DNA of 64,000 nt from Sphagnum compactum (GCA_965153455.1 OZ234493.1:18714213-18778212); one strand, 5' to 3'. Positions 40,471 to 53,489 are shown, counted from the stretch's first letter. The notes: a model not told the origin generated them from the sequence alone. Made by a program: numbers and translations.

Positions 40471-40782
40471 CATCGTGACATCAAAGGGACAAACATCCTG
40501 GTTGATAACAGGGGATGTATCAAGCTTGCAGACTTTGGTGCATCCGAAAAGGTGGTTAAACTTGGAACGATTTCTGAAGCCAAGTACATGAAAGGCACCC
40601 CTTACTGGATGGCTCCTGAGGTCATTCGTCAGATGGGTATTAACTGGCAAGCTGATATGTCGAGTGCCGGCTGCACTGTGATTGAAATGGCGACTGGTAG
40701 ACGTCCCTGGAGCCAGCAGTTCCAAGAGGTAGTTGCATTGTTCCACATTGGAACTACAAACTCACACCCTCCCATCCCTGAG
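40471..40782 (+). pseudogene. Intronless MAPKKK (NPK1/ANP-like) kinase-domain fragment
   Basis: [31 protein letters not shown]...[14 protein letters not shown]...[38 protein letters not shown] covers subdomains VIb-X only, with no N-lobe and no recognisable start. Confidence 0.88.
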
Positions 40783-41089
40783 CCCGAAGTTGCCAAGTGC
40801 ACAAAGTTGCCAAGTGCACAATTTTGTTCAAATGTTGTGCACTTACATGGAAATGTTTCTTTCTTTCCTTCTTCATTGTTACTTTCATTAGTTTGGTCAG
40901 ATTTTTCAACAGCTTGCATCTCCCAAAGCGATCCCAGTTCCCCCTTCTTGATTAGATAGATAGGAACTCCTTGATCGAATGTTTCTTGTAGACGTTATTC
41001 CTTCATCTGATTTCAACTACATTCAGCAACATTTTACAAAAGATCTAGTTCTTTTTTGTGTTCCTTAGAGTCGAAAAGATATGCATCAT

Positions 41090-41320
41090 TCATGAGTTCC
41101 CATCACTTGGCTTCATGCCCTTAGAAATAGCCCATACTCTTTGTACATTCTTTGAAAATTGCAAATCTGATGGGTTATCATGGTGCCCTAGTATCCAATC
41201 AAAGTGAATGGTCCTCTTCTCCTCAAGTATGTACAAGGACCAATGGTTCCATGCCAAATAAGGCGCAATCATAGTATTACAAGAATTTGTATGGTTCTTG
41301 AAATTTTCTTCCCCCACTTA
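41090..41320 (-). pseudogene. Second Ulp1-like protease fragment
   Basis: IAPYLAWNHWSLYILEEKRTIHFD...FSKNVQRVWAISKG parallels VLVPLQDVNHWSVIVM..YHYE...FFAKIWAMKQG at ~17860-18012. Confidence 0.55.
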
Positions 41321-41990
41321 GCCACCCCTCCCCTACTTTTAGCATCGTTCTTGAAACAAGAAGAGGCTTGTGAAGTCAACAACAAATATCCACTCCTATT
41401 TGATGTTACATTCATTGCATCCTTTCCATTTGTATGTGGTGGTAAAATCTTGGCCATCCACCTAGTATTGCAAAAGATTGCACGTGAATCAATGTTATTT
41501 TTTGGCGAAATTTTGCCAAGTTTCGACTTGAAAATATGATTTGAACCCTTACAAAGGATTTTCCATGGAAAAAATGGCCTAATTCGCCAAATTTCAAATT
41601 TTTTTTTCCAAATCTTCAAATTTTTATGATGAAGGTCTAGTAGGTAGCTCAGAATATAAAGGGATTGTGGTTTTTTCTACTTTCATATCTAGTATGTAGC
41701 CAAATTTGGCTAAATCATCTAATGGATGATTGCCATTTTAAGTACATCACAAATTTGCAAAAAAAACCCTATTGTTGCCCCTTATGATTCAATGATGTTT
41801 AAGTTCATGATAATATTTTCCATCTTGCTTTGCCCTACACTTAAATTGTTATACTTCAAAAATATAATGCTATGCAAGTCTTTTTTCAACATAAAAAATG
41901 TAGGCCAAGTCAACTCGTCATTGGGTGGGAATCACTTTTTGTCGATACCTTCGGTTCTATGTATTGGCTAGTGAATAAAAACGTATTGAC

Positions 41991-42790
41991 CATTGTTGGT
42001 GGTTTTCATTTTTTGGTGAGAATCGTTGGTTTTGGTTTTTGTGGTAGGTTCTGAAAACCGCCCCTATTCTTATAAAGATTTTTTTTTCCCATTATGATAA
42101 TTGCCCCAGTTTTCAGAAATTAAAAGAAAATTCGGTTAAGCGTTTCAGGTTCAGCAGTTTTCAAAGAATTTTGAATCATTGATTTTCAGGGACGGTTCTC
42201 ACAAATTATGGTTTTTTGTTTCATATATATATATATATATATTATTTATTTTGATTTATTTTGTGTTTCTCTTCTTACAATCATCATTTTTTTTGCACGA
42301 AATTTCGCATTGTTGCGAAATTTGAAAATAACCTGCGACAAGTTCAAAAGATTTTTTTCCCAAAAAATTCCCCAAAAAAATAGGGAAAAAGACATTAGTC
42401 ACCACCTTTAAATTGGCAATGTGCTTCTAGAGGTAGCTAAAAAGTAGCAAGATTTTTTAAAAACTTAACTTCTAGTCAAACCTAGCTAAATTTTCATTTA
42501 TTATGGCAATCACCTCTATAAACGGTAACTTTAGTTTTTTTTAAACATAAGCTTTTTACTTTTTATTTCTTACCTTAAGAGTTAGACCTTTTTCAAAATA
42601 TGAGAATTGGTCCAATTTTTAGATTAACAACCAAGTGAGAGCTTGGGCAATTTTCATTGGGCGGTTCTCACTTCCAATGAAAACCTTCAGTTTGGTTTTC
42701 ATAGTGGTTCTCATCGGTCAACTCTCACTAAAAACTGAATTGAAAACTAATGTCGATTTTCAACTAACAGATGAGAACCGCCCAACATTG
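41991..42790. mobile_element. Non-autonomous hAT-type element, 800 bp
   Basis: Perfect 8-bp TSD GTATTGAC (41983-41990 / 42791-42798); TIRs CATTGTTGGTGGTTTTCAT...ATGAGAACCGCCCAACATTG; the empty site is visible in the paralogous repeat at ~8983-8990. Confidence 0.88.
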
Positions 42791-43005
42791 GTATTGACTT
42801 TTGGATCAACATATTTAAATCTTGACCAACAATACCTATCAACTACCCATGTTAATAATGTGAGTTGTGTATTGAAATCTTATTGAATAGAACTGCTTGC
42901 TAATTGTCTGTTAAATGCCCCTATAATAGTGCCGATTCTAAATCAACATTTCATTGCTCAACTAATAGTGAAGATACATTCCCCTCTCCCTTGTTTGGGT
43001 TTATA

Positions 43006-43481
43006 TGACACACCCTTTTAGGTGGACCCTCAAGTAGGAATATTTGTTTAATCAGGGCACAAGTTTGAACCACTGTGAAGTGGCTTTCATGGTGAATTGG
43101 GTTGTGAGTGTAAGTGTTGGACTAGGTTTGACTCTTAGTTTGGTAACACTCATGAGTTGCATAGGTGCTGGTCAGTGAGAGTTTGAGGAAAGGGCTTGAG
43201 GAAATGTCTTTTGCCCATTAAGTCCTTGAACTAGACACAAGTTTGGTATTAGGTCAAAAAACGAGAGATGGTAATCTTGAGCAATAAAGCCTTGTACCAT
43301 TTGGGAAGTTTATATTGTGTTGAGTCCTATCCATCTAAAGGTTGGGGTTAACATTAGGTTATGAAACGCATCTGAGTGTTAGAACTCATTTAATGTGTGG
43401 TTTGCCATGTGCAGTTAATTTAGGTGTTTAACAAGGAGTGAGATCAAAAGTGAGGACCCTGAAGCAAATCCAAGTGCAAGA
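43006..43481 (+). repeat. 5' LTR
   Basis: Starts TGACACACCC, is collinear with 52975-53489, and is followed by the PBS-like sequence. Confidence 0.85.
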
Positions 43482-46400
43482 ATTGGTATTAAAGCAAGTT
43501 TTTTGAGTCTTTGGAAAAACCTCTAAAACATTTTAAGGTAGTTTTCTACAGGCAAATGACCTTAGAACAACCAGCATTAAACATAGTACCGATGGTGGAG
43601 CCTAAAGCAAAGAGGAAGTACAAGATTAAAAATAAAAAAGAAAAAGATGTAGCCTTTGAGGAATTGGCCACCATAAGCAAAGTCATGGTGGAGGGAGATT
43701 TGCTTGAAGATGAAGCTTAGAGTTTAAAAGAGTTGGAGAAGGAAGTCGCAATGAATCCTTCCCACAAGAATAAGAAAAAGAAGGGGAAGGATGGGGCTAG
43801 GCCAAGCAAAGCTTTGGCCTAAGAGAAGACTTCTTCCCCTATTGCCTAAAGGAAGGGAGGAATTGAAGTAAGCAAGGGTTCACTAACAAAGAAACCTCCC
43901 ACGACTCCCAAGAAAAACAAGGGAATGGAAAAAATTCCTAACCCAAGCAAGGAGCCACTAGTGATGTGGACTTGCACTCTTTTGAAGAGTCCAATAATGA
44001 GAGCGACTCTTTGTTGAATCTACTTAATGAACCCATAAAGGAAAAAAGGAGCAAATAAGCCCTAAAATGCTCAGAAATGGACAAGTTTTTTGAAGCACAA
44101 GAATAGGAAGTAAACCAAAATGGGATGAAGAAGCCATCCAAGGAATTTTTAGCCTTCCTTGACACCTTCTGAACCTTCATGGTCCAACATAACAAAGCCA
44201 TGTTGCAACACAATGAAGCTGCAAAAATTATGGGCCAATATGCATAAGGTTTGGGCGTTATAGGCATTGTTCCAAGTGGGGGTTTTGCCAAGGTTTCCAT
44301 GAAAGCAAAGCTGCCTAATTCCTTTGCAAGGAAGGAGATGAAGATGAAAAGAGTGCAACCATGGTTGCACCAAATGGAAGTATCTCGAAATTCAACACCT
44401 CAAATTAGACAAGGAGAGAATTCAATTCGTTCAAACATTCTTTAAGGAACATGCATGGGACTATTGGATGTGTCAACAATAGGAGACACCCAACCTACTT
44501 CAAGTCTTCATGACATGGGAAGAATTCAAGTTGTAGTTAAACAAAAGGTTTCTGTTGCACCATGTGGTGTTCAAGGATGGGATGGAGTTCTTGGAGCTCA
44601 CCCAAGGACATGGAGTGGGCTTTTTGGCCCATTATGTGTAAGACTTTAGCTAAATGTTGACTATGGTTGAAAAAATAGATCATCAAAAAGTTGATATTTT
44701 TACATGGGTTAAAGCCTTGGGTTTGAAAATTTGTCTATCAAAGGATGGACATTATAGACGCTTGTCGGGGTTTGATAAAGATGGTGGAGTGCACGGGAGA
44801 CAAAGGCCCTTTGTGTTCCAAGGGTGAAATAGGAAATGAAGTCACCTAAAATTAACATGCCGGCCCAAGGAGTGGGAGCAAAGGCTAATATAAATGCAAG
44901 TGGGGCCATGGCAAGCCAAGGCCTCACAACAACATGGAAAAGTCATGGGGCAAGGAATTGGTTACAAAAAAGGCCAAATGGCACTTAACTAAAGTCAAGT
45001 GTTTCAACTATGATAATCATGGGCACTTGGCAAAGGACTATCCCAAGCCACTTCAAGTATGTGATTGCATTACCAAGGTAAAATGATTCTCCTAGGGGTT
45101 TCATGGCCAAAATAGGGGCCCACAAAATTGAAGCCTCTAATTTGTTAAAATTGAAATGTAAGATAAATAACAAGTTGATGTTTTGTCTTTTGGATTTAGG
45201 AGTGACCAATTCAATCATGACTTCACAAGTAACGAAACGATTGGGACTCAAGACCAAATTAGTGGCAAATACCATAATAATGCATTTGGCACAAGGCATA
45301 GTTAAACCTTCCTTTAATGTAACAATAGGTGTCAAGCTATTTTGTGAGGGATTTCAATTTTTGGAAAACTTCACCTTGTGTGATTGGATAATTTTCATGT
45401 AATTGTACTAAACACATTTTTGGATTCTTACAAAGTAGACATCTTAATGAGTTGAGTTGCTTAGTTTTTTAATTTTGATATTTTTGAGAGTTTCCCAAGA
45501 GGAATTTAAGCCACAAGGGGTAAGGAAACCTCCTACTTATATTTTGGATTCACTCAATAAATTTTGGAAGGTTTTAACAAATGAACTTTCCAATGCCCTT
45601 CCACCTTGTAAAAATATTGACCACAAGATAAAAGTGGTGCATGGTCAGCCCTACCATCTAAGGCACCCTATAAGTTAAACCAAAAAGAGTTGGAAGAACT
45701 TTTAAAATAATTGAATGACCTTTTTAGTCAAACATATATTCGGCAAAATAAGTTGCCTTATGGGGCCCTAATTTTATTTGTTGATAAAAAGGATGGCAAG
45801 TTGAAGATGTGCATTAATTATTGTGTCTTGAACAAAATAACCATAAAGAAAAATATCCTTTACTTCACATTGATGATCTATTGGATCAACTCAATGGGGC
45901 CACGTACTTTAATCGAATTGATATCAAATCAAGGTATTATCAAATTGACATTGCAAACAAGGACGTTGAAAAGACAACTATGAAAACCAAGTATGGTTCA
46001 TATGAGTTCCTAATAATCAATTTGGGTTATGTAATGCCTTGTCAATGTTCATAACCTTGATAAACTCATCTCCTATGAAAAGTTGGACGTGTTCGTGATC
46101 ATTTATATTGATGACATCTTGGTGTATTCCAAGATTGTACAAGAGCACGTGGAACATTTGGAATGTGTTCTAAGTAAATTTCGACAAAATGAACTTTTTG
46201 CCAATAGGGCGAAATGTGAGTTTGCCCAAGAAGAAATGGATTTCCTAAGGCATATTTTATTAAAGGAAGGGGTGACGCCCAACCTTAAAAAGTTACAAGC
46301 CATAAGAGATTGGAAAAGGCTAGTCATGATCAAAGGAATTAAATCCTTTTAAAGTTTAGCCAACTTCTATTGGAAGTTTATAAAAGGATTTTTGTAGGTG

Positions 46401-47445
46401 GCAAAACCACTTTCAAACCTTCTAAAAAAGGAGTTATCTTTTGAATGGAAAGAAGAGCAACAAAGGGCATTTGAGGACTTGAAAGATAAGCTTTTATCCA
46501 CCCTTGTGTTCAAGTTCCTTCACTTCACCAAATTGTTTAAAGTTCACATAGTGCAAGAGACTTCGCTATCGAAGGGGTCCTCATGTAGGAGGGAAACCCG
46601 ATTGCTTTTGAAAGCAAGAAACTTTGTGGAACACAACTACGATGGCCAATTCACAAGGAATTGTATGTTGTTGTATGTTGTTTAAAAACATGGCAACATT
46701 ATTTGGGGACACATAAATTTAAAGTCTTCATGGACAATGTTTCTTTGAAATATTTTGAAACCTAACCAAAAGCTTCATGGAAGTGGTTGAGATGGCACAA
46801 TACTTTAGCATTTCTAGATGTGGAATTCATTTACAAACTAGGTCGAAACAATGTAATTCTTGATGTGTTGAGTAGGAAGGAAGAATTTCAAGTGGAAAAA
46901 CCCCCGACCAAAATTCAAGCATTAAAGGCCATCTTCCAAGGGGAAAATAACCTCAAGTGGAAAAGAAGGGAGGCTTATGTGTAAAACCCCTTTGCACAAA
47001 GATATTTCAAAAAGTTGTGAAAGTGGAGAAAGGTGAAAGGCATCACCTTAAAGGAAAGATTGCCATTTAATGGAGGCAGTCCTAGATTTATGTGCCAGTA
47101 GGGGAAATAGCGCATGAAGATCATGTAAGAAGAACATGATGTGCCCATGGTGGGACATTGTGGGGAGTAAACCACGAAAGTGGCCATAATGAAAACATTC
47201 AACTCGCTTGAGATAAAAGGAGATAAAACATTTTGTACACATGCATGAAATGCCATAACACAAAATCCATTTACAAAAAGAAGTATGGACTACACAGGCT
47301 TCTCCTGATCCCAAGTGAGCCATGGGAGATTATCTCCATGGACTTCATGGCACAACCCCCCAAATGGAATAGAATGGACGCCATTTTAGTAGTATTTGAT
47401 CAATTCTCCAAGTTGGTGAAAATGGTTCCAACAAAGACAATCACA

Positions 47446-48073
47446 AGGTGAATGCATGGATAGATGGATTGTTTGGATTGTCACACTTGTAATTTTTCTT
47501 GATTACATACAAATGTAAAATTTAAAGCCATATTCAAAATTAACATTGTTAATTTTTTAATTATTCATGTTGTCATAGACTTTAATGGGAATCATCATAA
47601 TGTTTTTGGATGAATTCTAAAAAGATTATGGATTTGTAATGGACTTTTGAAATGACAAAATATGTTTGTCACATAGAATAAATGAAAAATGTGCACTACA
47701 AAACATATGTCAAAGTAGTGTGAAAATAAAAATTAACAATAAAACATCATCAAATGAAGAATATATTATTGAAATGCATTGAAACTTTCCTATAATATAT
47801 ACATAATTTTGAAAATTTTTAAATGACATGATTGTTATAAATTTTTATCCTTGAAAGTTCATTTCACATTAATAATAATAATTTTTTGCATGAATTTTTT
47901 ATCAATCACATGTTTAGGGATATTTAATGTCACATGTTGGTTTATTAATATTTATGATTAAAACATAGGGCATAATTGTAGGATTTATTGTTTGATATTA
48001 TAAAAAAAATCGCTATTGTTAGATTATGGACTTTCAAATGCCACTGTTGAACCACCTAACCATGCTTTCACCC
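47446..48073. mobile_element. Non-autonomous TIR element with 4-bp TSD (copy A), inserted in the integrase
   Basis: caca|AGGTGAATGCATGG...CCATGCTTTCACCC|caca. Removing it restores the frame KMVPTKTITRTFD. Confidence 0.8.
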
Positions 48074-48691
48074 CACAAGAACTTTCGATTAAGCAAAAAT
48101 GTTCTTTGACATGTGGGTTAAGCACCATGAAATGCATCAATTCATTGTAAGTGATAGAAATGCCAATTTTATGACAAGTTTTAAAAAACATTTGTTTTGA
48201 AAGGTGGGGATGAAATTGTTCCACATTATTTCTTTATGATGGCAACTATGAGGAATTATTGCACACCTTCACCACTAAGATATGCACTCACAATAAAAAC
48301 CCGGTTGGAAGTGGAACTACTATGTAGTGTAGTCTAACAAGTAAGGTGGTTCGAGGTAAGTAATGAAATTCACCAAAAATCTAATGCATTGTGTCCAAAT
48401 TGAAGCTACAAAACATCGTGAGGGAATTGTAACTCACCATGATGGAATATTGAGGAGCCGTATGTTGATGTTCCTTCGATGTCATGTTCGATGGTTTGAA
48501 ACCTTCCATTCCGTTTGTCATAACAACTACATACAACATCCTAATCTAACATGCATTGGAGTTGGAAGCTAATATAAAAGGAGCCATGTTTAAACAAATC
48601 TCATAATTTTTTATTTTATGTTTTTGATCAAGAGTTAAGCCTCGGAGCTAGGAGCCACTTGCCTAGTTTGAGGAAAATAAACATACAACTC

Positions 48692-49056
48692 AACCTCCTC
48701 TACTTCCAACAAGTGTAACTCCCTTATAGCAAGCCCGATGAGGCTGAAATTTTGGGAGAGCCTTCTACACCTTCTAAGCTAAAACTAATTCAAATTTGAC
48801 ACAAATCCAATGGTGGATTTGAGAGAAACAACTAATTGAACAAAAAGTCCAGAGGCTTCACCATGGAAATCATTCCATGAAACCCACTTCAACCCCCTCT
48901 ACTTCCAACCCTTGTAGCTTCCTTACAAAAAGCCCGATCAAGCCGAATTTTTGGGAGGGCCTTCTACACCTTCTAAGCTAAAACTGATTTAAATTTGACA
49001 CAAATCCAACGGTGGATTTGAGAGAAACAACTAATTGAACCAAAGTCCAGAGGCTT
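48692..49056 (+). repeat. Tandem duplication (~165 bp unit, ~200 bp period) inside a nested insertion
   Basis: ctctacttccaac...gccttctacaccttctaagctaaaact...aaatttgacacaaatccaa...agtccagaggctt occurs at 48692-48857 and 48891-49056. Confidence 0.9.
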
Positions 49057-50904
49057 TGCCACAAGCACTTGTTACACAAGTTCCTTTCATGCTTAATCCT
49101 TACACACACACTTCCCATGAGCACCTCTCCACACATAAGAACTAAAACACAATCTTCCTCACACTCATTCTCCTTCCCTCTTCTTTTTTTCTTTTCACAT
49201 ACACAAGAAGTCCTTTTTTTCGCAAGCCTCCATGACCTTCCTTGAGCTTGTTTCCCTTGTCCAATGAAAGCTTCGAAATCCTTTTTCACCAATCAATGGC
49301 CTCCTCATCTTTCAAGGGCCAATGAGAATTTGAGAATGAATTGCCATCCAATTGAAATTAGGATGAGAATCTTTGGGCCCAATGAAACACAAGAGATATT
49401 CCATCCTCCAATCAAAGAGGATGACAATCCTCATGACTAATGGGATTGGAGGATCCAACCTCCCCCTTATCTTGGATATCTTGATGAAGTCTCTTGAGCT
49501 TGATCCTTATCTTTTTTGTTCGTTGACCCTCACATCCTACTTCTTCATCCTAATTACTTCAAGTAACTAACTACCAGGATAATTTATCGGTAGTAACAAG
49601 GAAGAGTCCTTGAGTTCTTACTTGACTAATTCAATGGTTGAAGTAACATTTTCGTGTAACATTTACTCCTTTGATATTCCCTACCTATTTACTTTACTAT
49701 GCGCTAATTAATTATGTAGTACATAGTAAATTATAATTACAATTTGCATCACAAAAAAAAACTCCCACATACCTCTAGATCCACCGTTGAATTTAGGGTT
49801 TGATGAATCCCTTAGATCTAGGGTGTTCGAGTTTTCATGAGGTTCCGCCGTCACTCCCACACCTTACGCCTACCCTAATTTGTTAAATAAAAAGGCCTCG
49901 ACCCCTTTTGAACGCAAGTACCACCTTGTTTGTACTACCTTCTTGGTTTTTGTTGATGCAGGTGCAACTAGTCATGGCGGACGATGACGCTATGCCTTCA
50001 AATCCTCTAGTCGCACCCGTACAACAAGAAGAGCTTGAAGAAGCACTGCTCGACTTGAATGTTTCTCAACGGCCGCACGAAGAAGAACCGCCCAGGAGAG
50101 TGGTGCGCACTCGAGTCGATCGTTCGGTATGGGATCGTCGATTGTCTCTTAACCCACATGCCTTAACAATTTATTTAGAGTTTGTTCCTGCTCGTGGAGC
50201 CGCGCCAGAAAGGTTTGAAAAGTGCTAGTGCGAAGATGATGATGTCCGTCTCCATTGTCGAACGTGGGTTCCCGGTGATGGCCATTATCGTTGGCTACGA
50301 GGCCCGATCAACCCACTTCCCTTGGAGCATCGAGCCGAGTACCTCGTTCGCACCATTCGCCGCATCCTAGATTTTTTTCAACTGTGATCTATCCTTTAAG
50401 TCAGTTATTCAGTTGTAATTCACCTAAGGCTACTCAGGCGGAAATGTTAATACTTAAGCTTGATTTGGATTGTATTTAAGAATCTAATAGAATGAGAACT
50501 AAATAAATATGTAATAGGACTGCATCCTAAAATCTTACAAGTACATCATTAGTGCTTGAAGGTCATTCTACAGACTAACTTAACATTGTCATGGTGAAAT
50601 GTTATTGTTAATTATGAGCTTGTATTCCCAATATATCAATAAATCCCATCTAATTTTACATCCCTTTTCCCTTCTCCACAACATAAAAAAGGACAATGCA
50701 CTTTAAAAGGTTTACTAGGTGCTTAACTGATTAAGCAATACATCAACTGAAATAAAGAAGTACTATATGCCTAGAAATATCACAAAAGCTGATTCAACTA
50801 CTAATAATCACTACTTGGAGGCTTATAAGCATTCAAATCATTAGTACTAAGGAAAATTACGGAACTAAAGCTTAATTAATTGTTGAGCTATAATCCATGG
50901 CTCA

Positions 50905-51565
50905 CAGCAACCCTTACACTTTACCAAATACTCTTCGACTCTAAGGCATGTTTGTTTTGCGTGAAGTATGTTTTTGATTTCGGCAACTAGCTTATGTTCA
51001 ATAACATGCACTTCTGATCACACCTTTTGCTTTTGGTATGGTCTTTGTTCATCACGCAGAAACAACTTTAATTTTGAAACATGAAAGGTCAAATGTGCCA
51101 CACAATTAATCAACAACTTCAAAATATACATTTTGGGGTGTGGTTTAAATGCAAAATTTTGTAAAGCCCCGTGTATATGACAAGGAAATGTGGGGCCAAT
51201 CCATCGGGCATTTTAAAATTTTAGATGTTCAACCACACATGTTGCCCAATTTCAAACTCCACATGCCTTCGTGTTGGCATGTTTTCATATCAATTTTGAA
51301 TTTGCTCCAAGAACTTCTTAATTCAGGTGTATAATTTTTCACATTCTTTGACCATTTTCACAACGTCTTCCTTGGAATGATCCTTTTGTCCCATGGGAAT
51401 GGCTAACTCCATTGGCTTCCTAACTTCTTTCCCTAACGTTAATTTGAACAAAAACATCTTTGTTGTTGAATGTGTTGTGGAGTTGTAACAAAACTCCACT
51501 AGACCTAAATATTCGCCTTAATCCTTTTGATCGATGTTCACATAATTTCTGAACTATTGATTCCC
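50905..51565 (-). mobile_element. Inverted integrase C-terminus and chromodomain segment
   Basis: Minus strand reads RNYVNIDQKD*GEYLGLVEFCYNSTTHSTT...RHVEFEIGQHVWLNI...YTGLYKIL...HLTFHVSKLKLF...EEYLVKCKG. Confidence 0.8.
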
Positions 51566-51640
51566 ATTGACATTTTTGGCACCACCTGAACTAGTTTGAA
51601 CAAGAGAAGGGTCATAAATTTGGAGTGAAAAGAACTCAAA

Positions 51641-52242
51641 CGGTGCAAGCAATATGTTTTGTACATACTTGCTACCTTGTTTTCTACTTAAAAACACCAA
51701 AAAAATAATTTTACAAACTTCTAACCTTCCATTACCATTTCAAAACAAATACTTTTTTTAGTTTTTTCATGGACATCTCTAGCCTCCCTCTAGCTTTTTA
51801 AAGTAATTTGTGTCATATTATTTGAACTTGAAAAAGTACCCCAAAAATATCCCCAACAATTTCATTATTTTTCAAGGGTTGGGGATGATTTAATTTATGA
51901 AAACAAACTCCATTAATCAAAAACATATATTCGAATGTTCACCACATCAATATTGAGGTGCATGAAAAAAAACTGAATACTTGCAAAAACATTTCACCTA
52001 CTTGCAAGTACTTGAACATTATTTTTTCAAATTGCCACAAATTTTAGGTCCAATTCAAGTACTTGCAATTAGTGTAAAACAACATGATTATAACAAGTTA
52101 ACTTTTGAAGTTCATGTAAACAATAGTTAAAAAATAATGTTATTATCTTCATGAAATCATCTACTTGTTAGTCCTTTTATATAGACACCCCAATATTTTG
52201 TTGCTTACATTATTTTGTGTATGTTTTAACATGTTTTCACCC
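51641..52242. mobile_element. Non-autonomous TIR element with 4-bp TSD (copy B)
   Basis: caaa|CGGTGCAAGCA...CATGTTTTCACCC|caaa. Removing it restores the frame GVKRTQKEKKNP. Confidence 0.7.
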
Positions 52243-52974
52243 CAAAAGGAAAAGAAAAACCCATCTACAAATGGTCTAAGTGTTGATGAAATCATCAACC
52301 CCCTTTAAAGTGGGGGAGAGTGCCCACAAAATAACAAAAGGAGTTAACCTCATTAATCTTGGGGGGGGGGGGTTAAGGGTTTTCACAAGCATGGTTGGCA
52401 ATGAAAATGTTAATGTTTGTGGTGGAAGAAGTGGATGAGAAAGGCAAGGAGGTGGTAATCAATGGACTTGGAGTTGGACTCGAATAAAAAGCTCTAATGC
52501 TTGGTCAAGTGAGATCGAAGTGGTGGTGCATATGAATAAAATGGCACATCCCTGAGTGGAGGAGTCAAACTTCTTGTGCATGAACTTACGAATCATGTCC
52601 CATTTGGGTAAAGGGGATTTGAACACTAAAGACTAGTTCAACACTATATGTTAGTATGTTTGTAACCCTTGTTTAGTGTGGTGATTAAAATCTCCAAGTT
52701 AAATTCGAAGTGGACTCCAAGGAAAGTAGAGATGACCACGAGGGGGAATTTGGGGAAGACACCAAAAGTGAATGTACTAGGTGAAAACAAAAAACTCATT
52801 CGATAATACCTCCTTCGCTAAAAACACATAAACACAACACAAATGGTTTCCTTTGATCAAGAAGTAACTAATCCCACCATGGGATCAAAGTGAGAAAGGC
52901 GACAAAAGTGCTTAAGAGCGATCACCCCTAAGTAATATCAACAAGAATGTTGACATTTCTAAAATGGGGGAGAA

Positions 52975-53489
52975 TGACATGCCCTTCTAGGCAGACCTTC
53001 AAGTGGGAATATTTGCTTAGTCGGGGCCTAAGTCTAAACCATTGTGGGCCAACCCCTATGGTGGATTGGGTTGCATGTTTAAGTGTTGGATTGGGTTTGA
53101 CTCCCGGTTTAGTAGCACTCATGAGCCACGTAGGTGCTAACGAGTGAAGGTTTAAAGAAGGGGACTTGAAGAGATGTTGGTGCTAATGAGTGAGGGTTTG
53201 AAGAAGGGGACTTGAAGAGATGTCCTCAATGCGTTAAGTCTTTCACACAAGTATAAGAAAGAGACGGAAGATAATAATCCTAGGTGACAAGGCTTTGTAC
53301 CATTTCTATCCGCAATGGGTTGACTCCCACCTGTTTAGAGGTTGAGGTTAATCCTAGGTTACGAGACAAGTTTAAATGTTGAAACTCATTTAGTGCGTGT
53401 CTTGCCATGTGAAGGTAGTTTAGGTGTTTATCAAGGAGTGAGATTGGACACGAAGGCGCAAGGGCACCAAGGCAAATCTGGGTGTGAGA
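52975..53489 (+). repeat. 3' LTR, with an internal ~45 bp tandem duplication
   Basis: Follows the PPT, ends GGGTGTGAGA; ggtgctaa..gagtga.ggttt.aagaaggggacttgaagagatg occurs twice at ~53132-53222. Confidence 0.85.

Larger units (their letters stand above)
43006..53489 (+). mobile_element. Old full-length Ty3/gypsy (chromovirus-type) LTR retrotransposon with nested insertions
   Basis: LTRs 43006-43481 and 52975-53489; PBS-like TGGTATTAAAGC (43484-43495); PPT AAAATGGGGGAGAA (52961-52974); TSD TTATA/GTATA. Decayed gag knuckle CFNYDNHGHLAKDYP (~45000), protease LLDLGVTN (~45190), RT YIDDIL (~46104), RNase H, integrase HHCC (~47135-47255), core IVSDR (~48140), and chromodomain-like EYLVKCKG (inverted, ~50910). 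Confidence 0.9.

Noticed and set aside
40381-40959. 192-aa ORF as a functional kinase, or as the kinase domain of a kinase-NLR
   Set aside because: It lacks the Gly-rich loop and VAIK lysine, its ends are repeat-derived, and it is on the opposite strand from the NLR.
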